This document shows positions 10,096-17,861 of a stretch of 64,000 nucleotides of DNA, piece by piece. Positions within the stretch are counted from its first letter, which is position 1. The number at the start of each line of letters is the position of its first letter. Position numbers and translations under genes: made by a program. Below the pieces are notes generated by a model. That model worked only from the letters and a program-made list of their open reading frames with translations, was not told the DNA's origin and did no database searches. Source of the stretch: Christensenellaceae bacterium (GTDB lineage: Bacteria > Bacillota > Clostridia > Christensenellales > Borkfalkiaceae); assembly GCA_045651405.1 (NCBI GenBank), contig JAZRSH010000029.1:97960-161959 (forward strand), read 5' to 3'.

Positions 10096-12087
10096 ATGCA
10101 AAAAATAGGCGTATTCGTGTGTTGGTGTGGTACCAACATCGCAGCGACGGTTGACGTCGTTAAAGTTGCTGAAGCCCTTAGATTAGAACCAAACGTTGTA
10201 ATTTCAGAAAATTATCAATATATGTGTTCTGAAAACGGTCAAGCACTTATTAGAAATGCAATCAAAGAACACGGACTTACAGGTGTTGTAGTATGTTCTT
10301 GTTCTCCAAGAATGCACGAAGCAACATTTAGAAAAACTTGTGAATCTGCAGGTATTAACCCTTACATGGTTGAAATTGCAAACATTAGGGAACAATGTTC
10401 TTGGATTCATAAAGACATTGATGAAGCAACTGAAAAGGCTATCATCTTAGGTAGAACTGCTATCGCTAAGTTAAGACTTAACGCACCTCTTACTTCAGGT
10501 GAAAGCCCTGTTGTTAAAAGAGCACTCGTTATCGGCGGTGGTATCGCAGGTATTCAATCTGCCCTTGACATTGCAGAAGCAGGCTTTGAAGTTGATATCG
10601 TAGAACAATCGCCAACTATCGGCGGTAACATGGCTAAACTTGATAAAACTTTCCCAACCCTTGACTGTGCGGCTTGTATCTTAACGCCAAAAATGGTAGA
10701 CTGCGCTCAAAATGAAAAAATCGACATCATGACTTTCAGCGAAGTTGAAGCAGTTAAAGGTTTCGTAGGTAACTTCAAGGTTAAAATTAGAAGAAAAGCA
10801 AGATTCGTTAATGAAGATACTTGTACTGGTTGTGGTATTTGTACTCAAAAATGTCCTTCTAAGAAAGGTCTTAACGAATTCAATATGGGTCTTAATAACC
10901 GTCCAGCAATCTATATTCCGTTTGCTCAAGCAATTCCTAACGTTGCTATTATCGACCCTGAACAATGCTTAAAGATTAAAAATGGTAAGTGTGGTCTTTG
11001 CGCAATGCAATGTCCTACAAAGGCTATCGACTACACTATGCAAGATTCTTTCGTTGAAAGGGAATACGGCGCTATCGTAGTTGCTACTGGTTTTAAACCT
11101 ATCTCTCTTGAAAACTTCAACGAATACGGCTACTCTACTTATAAAGACGTAGTAACTTCACTTGAATTTGAAAGAATTATGAACGCTGCAGGTCCTACAA
11201 GCGGTAAACTCGTTCGTCCTTCAGACGGTAAACACCCAAGGGTTATTACCTTTATTCAATGCGTAGGTTCAAGGGATACTTCAGGTTGCGGTAAGCCATA
11301 CTGCAGTAAGATTTGCTGTATGTATACTGCAAAACACGCAATGCTCGTTAGAGAAAAATATCCTGATACCGAAGTACATATCTTCTATATCGACGTAAGA
11401 ACACCTGGTAAAAACTACGATGAATTCTTCCGCCGTGCAGTTGAACAATACGACGTTGACTATATTAAAGGTATGGTTGGTAAAGTTTATGCCGATGGCG
11501 ATAAACTTATGGTACAAGGCTCTGACCTTTTAAGCAACGAACAAATTATTATCCCTTCAGATATGGTTGTTCTTGCTGCGGCTATCGAACCTAATCCATC
11601 AGTTAGAAATATCGCAACAATGGTAACTGCAAGTATCGATACTAACAACTTCTTAACTGAAGCGCACGCTAAGTTAAAACCAGTTGAAAGCCCAACTGCA
11701 GGTATCTTCTTATCAGGCGTATGTCAAGGCCCTAAAGATATCCCTGAAACTGTATCTCAAGCAAGTGCTTGTGCTGCAAAGGTTATCGGCTTACTTGCTA
11801 AAGATAAACTTAAATGTAATGCTTGCGTTGCTCATTCGGACGAAATGATTTGTACAGGTTGTTCGGTATGTGAAAACGTATGTCCTTACGGTGCTATTAC
11901 TTACGTTGATAAAGAATATCGTATCGGCGGTGGTAAAACTGAAATTAGACGTGTTGCAACCGTTAACGAAGCAGTATGTCAAGGTTGTGGTGCTTGTACG
12001 GTTACTTGTCCTTCGGGCGCTATGGACCTTAAAGGCTTTGCAACTAAACAAATTATGGCGGAGGTAGATGCAGTATGCAAGAGATAA
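10096..12087 (+). CDS. hdrA: heterodisulfide reductase subunit A-like FAD/Fe-S protein
   Basis: N-terminal VFVCWCGTNI, dinucleotide fold LVIGGGIAGIQSAL, several CxxCxxCxxxCP ferredoxin motifs. 663 aa. Confidence 0.85.
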   Translation: MQKIGVFVCWCGTNIAATVDVVKVAEALRLEPNVVISENYQYMCSENGQALIRNAIKEHGLTGVVVCSCSPRMHEATFRKTCESAGINPYMVEIANIREQCSWIHKDIDEATEKAIILGRTAIAKLRLNAPLTSGESPVVKRALVIGGGIAGIQSALDIAEAGFEVDIVEQSPTIGGNMAKLDKTFPTLDCAACILTPKMVDCAQNEKIDIMTFSEVEAVKGFVGNFKVKIRRKARFVNEDTCTGCGICTQKCPSKKGLNEFNMGLNNRPAIYIPFAQAIPNVAIIDPEQCLKIKNGKCGLCAMQCPTKAIDYTMQDSFVEREYGAIVVATGFKPISLENFNEYGYSTYKDVVTSLEFERIMNAAGPTSGKLVRPSDGKHPRVITFIQCVGSRDTSGCGKPYCSKICCMYTAKHAMLVREKYPDTEVHIFYIDVRTPGKNYDEFFRRAVEQYDVDYIKGMVGKVYADGDKLMVQGSDLLSNEQIIIPSDMVVLAAAIEPNPSVRNIATMVTASIDTNNFLTEAHAKLKPVESPTAGIFLSGVCQGPKDIPETVSQASACAAKVIGLLAKDKLKCNACVAHSDEMICTGCSVCENVCPYGAITYVDKEYRIGGGKTEIRRVATVNEAVCQGCGACTVTCPSGAMDLKGFATKQIMAEVDAVCKR

Positions 12088-12515
12088 ATAAAGAACATAA
12101 ACCGCTTATCGTAGCATTTTGCTGTAACTGGTGTAGTTATGCTGGTGCTGACTTAGCAGGCTCTTCAAGACTTTCTTACCCTGCTAACGTTAAAATTATA
12201 AGAGTACCTTGCTCATGCAGGGTAAACCCAACTTTCGTATTAAAGGCTTTCCAAAAGGGTGCTGACGGCGTTATCTTATGTGGTTGTCACCCAGGCGACT
12301 GCCACTATACAACTGGTAACTACTATACAAGAAGAAGAATGTCTTTACTTTTCAGTATGCTTGACTATTTAGGTATTGAAAGGGAAAGAACAAGAGTTGA
12401 ATGGGTTTCTGCTGCGGAAGGTGCAAAATTTAGTAACGTAATGAACGATTTTGCTAAGACCATTACAGAACTCGGTGAAAATAAAAGGTTGGAGGATTTA
12501 AGATGCAAAGATTAG
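12075..12515 (+). CDS. mvhD: MvhD/FlxD-like (methyl-viologen-reducing hydrogenase delta-type) subunit
   Basis: FCCNWCSYAGADLAG, VPCSCRVNP and CGCHPGDCHY motifs. Overlaps the hdrA end by 13 nt. Confidence 0.85.
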   Translation: MQEINKEHKPLIVAFCCNWCSYAGADLAGSSRLSYPANVKIIRVPCSCRVNPTFVLKAFQKGADGVILCGCHPGDCHYTTGNYYTRRRMSLLFSMLDYLGIERERTRVEWVSAAEGAKFSNVMNDFAKTITELGENKRLEDLRCKD

Positions 12516-13468
12516 AAACTGCTGTTAAAAGTAAAGCAATCGAACTTTTAAATAATCAAACCGTAAACCGTGTTCTTGGTTGGACTAAAGGCGAATTTTG
12601 TTACGACGTATCGCCTGCAGTATTCTACAGTGAAAAGGATTTAGAAAACTTCGTTTACAACGGTTTCTGCGGTGCAAACCTTTCTAAATACCTTATCGAA
12701 GAAAGCAAAAAAGAAGGCAAGATTTTAGTTTTCTTAAAACCTTGCGACACTTACAGCTTTAACCAACTTATTAAAGAACACAGAATTAAAAGGGAAAACG
12801 TTTACATTGTTGGCGTAGAATGTCAAGGCAAGTTTGACGTTCAAAACCTTTACGCAAAGGGTATTGAGTTCGTTGATAGCGTTGAAGAAACTTTAGATAA
12901 AGTTACTGTAAACGGCAATATCGAACTTACAAGAGACGATATCAAACTTGAAAGATGTACAGTTTGCGATAAAAAACACGTTGTTTACGATGAAATCGTT
13001 GAAATCAACGAAAAAATCCCTTCAAACAAAGATAGATTTGAACTCGTTAAAAAACTTGAAGCAATGACTGCTGATGAAAGATACGCTTTCTGGAAGAGTG
13101 AACTTTCTAAATGTATTCGTTGTAACGCTTGTAGAAACGTATGTCCTGCATGTAACTGTACTAAATGCGTATTCGATAACGATAATTCAACAATCGCATC
13201 TAAAGCAAACTCGGATAGTTTTGAAGAAAAATTATTCCACATTATCAGGTCTTTCCACGTTGCAGGCCGTTGTACTGACTGTGGCGAATGTTCAAGGGTA
13301 TGCCCACAAAATATTCCACTTCACTTAATCAATAGAAAGTACATTAACGACGTTAACGAATTATACGGCGAATTCCATGCTGGTGAAGACGACCACTCTA
13401 AAGGTCCTTTAACAAGCTTTACTAAAGAGGATAAAGACCCATCTGAAGCAGTAAGGAGGGATAAATAA
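12503..13468 (+). CDS. 4Fe-4S dicluster subunit (FlxC-like)
   Basis: CIRCNACRNVCPAC and CTDCGECSRVCPQ motifs. Overlaps the previous gene by 13 nt. Confidence 0.6.
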   Translation: MQRLETAVKSKAIELLNNQTVNRVLGWTKGEFCYDVSPAVFYSEKDLENFVYNGFCGANLSKYLIEESKKEGKILVFLKPCDTYSFNQLIKEHRIKRENVYIVGVECQGKFDVQNLYAKGIEFVDSVEETLDKVTVNGNIELTRDDIKLERCTVCDKKHVVYDEIVEINEKIPSNKDRFELVKKLEAMTADERYAFWKSELSKCIRCNACRNVCPACNCTKCVFDNDNSTIASKANSDSFEEKLFHIIRSFHVAGRCTDCGECSRVCPQNIPLHLINRKYINDVNELYGEFHAGEDDHSKGPLTSFTKEDKDPSEAVRRDK

Positions 13469-14499
13469 TGAAGAGAATTTCTTACGATAAAATTAATTTA
13501 TTATATAATGAATTATCTCAAATTACTGAACTTTACTTACCTGTTAAAGAAAGCGGTGCTGTAAACTTCAAAAAGTACGACGAAACACAAACTCCTGATA
13601 TTGAAACTTTACAAACTGTAAAATCTGCTAAAGATTTATTCTTCCCACAATCGGAAGATATGGTAAAATTCAAAACTGATGGTAAAAACATTGAAATTAC
13701 CGATGCAAGAATTATAAAAGACAGTTTTGTTCTTTTTGGCGTTCGTGCTTGCGATATGCGTAGTTTTGAAATTTTAGATAAGGTATTTTTACAAGAACCT
13801 GTTGATACTATGTATCAAAACAAAAGGGAAGCAGGTATTATCTTTACCCTTGCTTGTAACAATCCACAACCTTCATGTTTTTGTAAAGTGTTTGGCATTG
13901 ATGCGTCAAAACCACAAGGTGACGTTGAATGCCGCTTAGTAGACGGCTACTTATACTTAGAAGGTAAAACTGAAAAAGGCAATGCTATCTTAGCAAAATT
14001 AACTTGCTTAGAAGATGCTAAAGACGGCGAAAAAGTAGCAGATAAAAACGCAAAAGAAATCCAAGAAAAAATTGAAAAACTTCCTTTCAGCAATTTAGAT
14101 TTATCTAACTTCAAAGGTGACAACTTAATGCCACTTTTCGATAGACCTGAATGGGAAGAATTAAGCAAAGCATGTTTAGGTTGCGGTACTTGTACTTTCG
14201 TATGTCCTACTTGCCAATGCTTTGATATTAGAGATTTCAAAACTAACGACGGCGTTAAAAGATTTAGATGTTGGGACTCTTGCATGTATTCAGAATTCAC
14301 AAAAATGGCTGCTGAAAACCCAAGAAAGAACCAACTTCAAAGATACCGTCAAAGATTTATGCACAAACTTGTATACTTCCCATCTAATAACGACGGTGTA
14401 TACAGCTGTGTAGGTTGCGGTAGATGTGTTAAAAAATGTCCACAATCACTCAACATAGTAAAAGTAATTAAAAAACTCGGGGGTAACAACAATGACTAA
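13468..14499 (+). CDS. AsrA/HydB-like 4Fe-4S subunit (FlxB-like)
   Basis: CLGCGTCTFVCPTCQC and CVGCGRCVKKCPQ motifs. ATG overlaps the preceding stop (TAATG). Confidence 0.6.
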   Translation: MKRISYDKINLLYNELSQITELYLPVKESGAVNFKKYDETQTPDIETLQTVKSAKDLFFPQSEDMVKFKTDGKNIEITDARIIKDSFVLFGVRACDMRSFEILDKVFLQEPVDTMYQNKREAGIIFTLACNNPQPSCFCKVFGIDASKPQGDVECRLVDGYLYLEGKTEKGNAILAKLTCLEDAKDGEKVADKNAKEIQEKIEKLPFSNLDLSNFKGDNLMPLFDRPEWEELSKACLGCGTCTFVCPTCQCFDIRDFKTNDGVKRFRCWDSCMYSEFTKMAAENPRKNQLQRYRQRFMHKLVYFPSNNDGVYSCVGCGRCVKKCPQSLNIVKVIKKLGGNNND

Positions 14500-15319
14500 T
14501 GAAGAATTGATTCCTAAAATCGGCGTCATAACTAATATTAGAAGAGATACGCCTGACGTTAAAACTTTTAGAGTTGTAGGCCTTGACGGTAAAAAATTAT
14601 TCGAACATTTACCTGGTCAATGTGCAATGATTTCAATTCCTGGCGTAGGCGAAGCGATGTTCTCAATCACTTCTTCTCCTACCAACACGGAATTTATGGA
14701 GTTCTCAATTAAAAAATGTGGTTGCGTAACTTCTTTCTTACACGCAATGGAAGAAGGTCAACAAATCACGGTAAGAGGACCTTACGGTAACGGTTTCCCA
14801 GTAAAAGGCGCATTTAAAGGCAAAAACATGCTCTTTATCGCTGGTGGTATCGGCTTAGCTCCACTCCGTTCAGTTATCAACTATATAAGAGATAACAGGG
14901 CAGACTACGGCACGGTTGATATCGTTTACGGTTCTCGTTCAATGGACGACCTTGTAGACTTTAGAGAAATTCAAGAAGAATGGGTAAACGAACCAGACTT
15001 CAACGTATATCTCACAATCGATAGACCACAAGACGGTTGGGACGGCCACGTAGGTTTCGTACCTGCATACGTTAAGGAAGTTAATATTCCTACAGACAGA
15101 ACGGCAGTTCTTTGCGGTCCACCTATCATGATTAAGTTTACACTTCAAGCACTTTTAGAACTCGGCTTTAATAAAGAGCAAGTTTACACCACGTTAGAAT
15201 TTAGAATGAAATGTGGTATCGGCAAATGCGGTCGTTGCAACGTTGGCGACAAGTACATTTGTAAAGACGGCCCTGTATTTAGAATGGACCAACTTCAAGA
15301 ACTCCCTTCAGAGTATTGA
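14492..15319 (+). CDS. AsrB/HydG/PyrK-like FAD-NAD(P)-binding subunit with 2Fe-2S (FlxA-like)
   Basis: Ferredoxin-reductase-type fold (MLFIAGGIGLAPLRS). C-terminal CGIGKCGRCNVGDKYICKDGPVF. Confidence 0.7.
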   Translation: MTNEELIPKIGVITNIRRDTPDVKTFRVVGLDGKKLFEHLPGQCAMISIPGVGEAMFSITSSPTNTEFMEFSIKKCGCVTSFLHAMEEGQQITVRGPYGNGFPVKGAFKGKNMLFIAGGIGLAPLRSVINYIRDNRADYGTVDIVYGSRSMDDLVDFREIQEEWVNEPDFNVYLTIDRPQDGWDGHVGFVPAYVKEVNIPTDRTAVLCGPPIMIKFTLQALLELGFNKEQVYTTLEFRMKCGIGKCGRCNVGDKYICKDGPVFRMDQLQELPSEY

Positions 15320-15339
15320 TTATATAGGAGAAAACTAAA

Positions 15340-16014
15340 ATGGAAAAAATGGTAAATGTATATTTTTTCGGTAAAAAATACCAAGTTCCACAAAGCCTTA
15401 CTATTATGAAGGCTATGGAATACGCAGGTTACAAATTAATTCGTGGTTGTGGTTGCCGTAACGGTTTCTGTGGCGCGTGCGCTACTTTATATAGAATTCA
15501 CGGCAAAACAGAACTTAAAACTTGTCTTGCATGTCAACAACAAGTAGAAGAAGGTATGTACGTAGCTACTCTTCCTTTCTTCCCACTCGTTAAACAAGTT
15601 TACGATATTCAAAAGGTAAAACCAACTGAACAAATCATGATGCAATTATATCCTGAAATTTATAGTTGTATCGGCTGTAACGCTTGTACTAAAGCTTGCC
15701 CACAAAGTTTAAAAACAATGCAATACATTGCTTACGCACAACGTGGTGAATACGATAAATGTGCTGAAGAATCTTTTGACTGCGTAATGTGCGGTATCTG
15801 TTCTTCAAGATGCCCAGCAGGTATTTCACACCCACAAGTAGCAATCCTTGCTCGTAGACTTTACGGTAAATACATAGCACCTGAATGCGAACACCTTTTA
15901 GATAGAGTTAAAGAAATCAACGAAGGTAAGCACGATGACAGCATGAGCGATATCATGAACAAATCTCTCGAAGAGCAAAAAGCCCTTTACAATACGAGAG
16001 ATATTGAAAAGTAA
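15340..16014 (+). CDS. frdB: SdhB/FrdB-like iron-sulfur subunit
   Basis: 2Fe-2S-type CGCRNGFCGACA..C motif plus CIGCNACTKACP and CVMCGICSSRCP. Confidence 0.7.
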   Translation: MEKMVNVYFFGKKYQVPQSLTIMKAMEYAGYKLIRGCGCRNGFCGACATLYRIHGKTELKTCLACQQQVEEGMYVATLPFFPLVKQVYDIQKVKPTEQIMMQLYPEIYSCIGCNACTKACPQSLKTMQYIAYAQRGEYDKCAEESFDCVMCGICSSRCPAGISHPQVAILARRLYGKYIAPECEHLLDRVKEINEGKHDDSMSDIMNKSLEEQKALYNTRDIEK

Positions 16015-16029
16015 TAGGGAGGAACTCAA

Positions 16030-17640
16030 ATGTATCAATATACTCAAGAACAACTTGATTCTATAAAGAAAGTAGAGGCTTCAAGAAAAGAAAGACTTGA
16101 AAACCTTCACCCAAGAATGACTGCTGATGAAAAAACTGCAGTATTACAAGAATTCCACCCAGACTATATCGAAGGTGCATACGAAACTTTAAAAATTGGT
16201 CCTAACAAAGGCGAAAAAGTTCTTCACGAACTCGCTGACCTTTTACAAGGTAAATCAAGGGTTGGTTCTCTTAAATTCGACCTTAAAAAACCTGATTATG
16301 ACGTAGACGTTTTAGTTATCGGTGGCGGTGGCGCAGGTTCTTCTGCAGCGGTTACAGCACACGCTAACGGCGCTAACGTTATGATTGTTACTAAACTTAG
16401 AATTGGTGACGCTAACTCAATGATGGCTGAAGGTGGTATCCAAGCGGCTGATAAGCCTAACGATAGCCCTGCTAGGCACTATCTTGATGCTTTTGGTGGC
16501 GGTCACTTTGCTGCTAAACCTTGCTTACTTGAAAAACTCGTTAAAGAAGCACCTGACGCTATCCGTTGGCTTTCTGACCTTGGCGTTATGTTCGATAAAG
16601 ACGAAAACGGTAACATGGTAACTACACACGGTGGCGGTACTTCAAGAAAGAGAATGCACGCTTGTAAAGACTATTCAGGTGCTGAAATCATGAGAACTCT
16701 TCGTGACGAAGTTATCAATAGGGGTATTCCTGTAATTGACTTTACTTCTGCTGTTGAAATCATTAAAGATGAAAACGGTAAAGCAGCCGGTGCAGTTTTA
16801 GTTAATATGGAAACTAACGAAGTTTTAATTGCTAAAGCAAAAACAGTTATCATCGCAACTGGTGGTGCTGGTAGACTTCACTATCAAGGCTTCCCAACTT
16901 CTAACCACTACGGTGCAACTGCCGACGGTTTAGTTCTTGCTTACCGTGCAGGCGCAAAACTTTTATACGCAGATACTTTACAATATCACCCAACTGGTGC
17001 TGCAGAACCTACACAAATTTACGGTGCGTTAGTTACTGAAAAAGTACGTTCACTTGGCGCACAACTCGTTAACAAAGATGGTAAACCTTTCGTTTACTCA
17101 CTTGAAACACGTGACGTAACTGCATCTACTATCATTAGAGAATGTAAAGGTCGTGGCAACGGTGTTAAAACTACTGACGGCGAAGGCGTATGGCTTGATA
17201 CACCAATGATTGAAATTATCGGTGGCGAAGGCACTATCGAAAAGAGAATCCCTGCAATGATGAGAATGTTCGGTAAATACGGTATCGATATTAGAAAAGA
17301 ACCTATCTTAATTTACCCAACACTTCACTACCAAAACGGTGGTATCGATATCAATGCTGACGGCGAAACTACAAACATAGAAAACCTTTACGTTGCAGGT
17401 GAGGCTGTTGGTGGTATCCACGGTAGAAACCGTCTTATGGGTAACTCACTTTTAGATATTATCGTATTCGGTAGAAATGCTGGTAAATATGCAAGTGAAA
17501 AGGTTAAAGCAGGCGTTAAAGTTGGCAAACTTACTTTAGACCACGTTAAAGCCTTTGAAAAAGAAAGAAAAGAAGCAGGTATTAAATCTGATATTCTTTC
17601 ACCAAAGCTTTTACCTGATTATACTCGCAAAGACCTTTAA
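16030..17640 (+). CDS. frdA: SdhA/FrdA-like flavoprotein (probable soluble fumarate reductase catalytic subunit)
   Basis: VLVIGGGGAGSSAAV FAD fold, LQYHPTG, GEAVGGIHGRNRLMGNSLLDIIVFG. The context of mdh, fumC and an Fe-S partner supports the call. Confidence 0.7.
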   Translation: MYQYTQEQLDSIKKVEASRKERLENLHPRMTADEKTAVLQEFHPDYIEGAYETLKIGPNKGEKVLHELADLLQGKSRVGSLKFDLKKPDYDVDVLVIGGGGAGSSAAVTAHANGANVMIVTKLRIGDANSMMAEGGIQAADKPNDSPARHYLDAFGGGHFAAKPCLLEKLVKEAPDAIRWLSDLGVMFDKDENGNMVTTHGGGTSRKRMHACKDYSGAEIMRTLRDEVINRGIPVIDFTSAVEIIKDENGKAAGAVLVNMETNEVLIAKAKTVIIATGGAGRLHYQGFPTSNHYGATADGLVLAYRAGAKLLYADTLQYHPTGAAEPTQIYGALVTEKVRSLGAQLVNKDGKPFVYSLETRDVTASTIIRECKGRGNGVKTTDGEGVWLDTPMIEIIGGEGTIEKRIPAMMRMFGKYGIDIRKEPILIYPTLHYQNGGIDINADGETTNIENLYVAGEAVGGIHGRNRLMGNSLLDIIVFGRNAGKYASEKVKAGVKVGKLTLDHVKAFEKERKEAGIKSDILSPKLLPDYTRKDL

Positions 17641-17763
17641 AAGTCTATAAGCGTCGCAATACTGCGTTTCTGCAAAGTGGTTTTAGACTTTGATGACCAA
17701 AAAGGTCTATCAAATCCTAAACCATTTGCGAGCCTTGTCTTGCTCGCTTCTATCCTTTTAAAG
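17635..17763 (+). repeat. family-1 long-hairpin intergenic repeat, copy A (overlaps the frdA stop codon)
   Basis: Shares the blocks GCAATACTGCGTTTCTGCAAA, GATGACCAAAA(A)GGTCTATCA and TTGCGAGCCTTGTCTTGCT with 46226-46350. Closing stem CTTTAAAAG / CTTTTAAAG. Confidence 0.85.
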
Positions 17764-17808
17764 TAGCACTTTATTTAAGTGTGGTATAAATTTTATTTAA
17801 AAAATTAT

Positions 17809-17836
17809 AATACGGACGTAATGCTACGTCCGTATT
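17809..17836 (+). other. perfect 12-bp hairpin in the 5' region of the AAE transporter gene
   Basis: AATACGGACGTA atgc TACGTCCGTATT. No U-run on the plus strand. 26 nt before ATG 17862. Confidence 0.6.
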
Positions 17837-17861
17837 AGTCCGTAAAAATATAGGAGATATT

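Noticed and set aside
16030-17640. Alternative identity of the flavoprotein as L-aspartate oxidase (NadB) or APS reductase alpha.
   Set aside because: It is translationally coupled to an SdhB/FrdB-type Fe-S subunit and sits downstream of mdh and fumC. No nadA/nadC or aprB/sat genes are nearby. NadB cannot be excluded without phylogeny, so this is listed as a refutation route in the findings.
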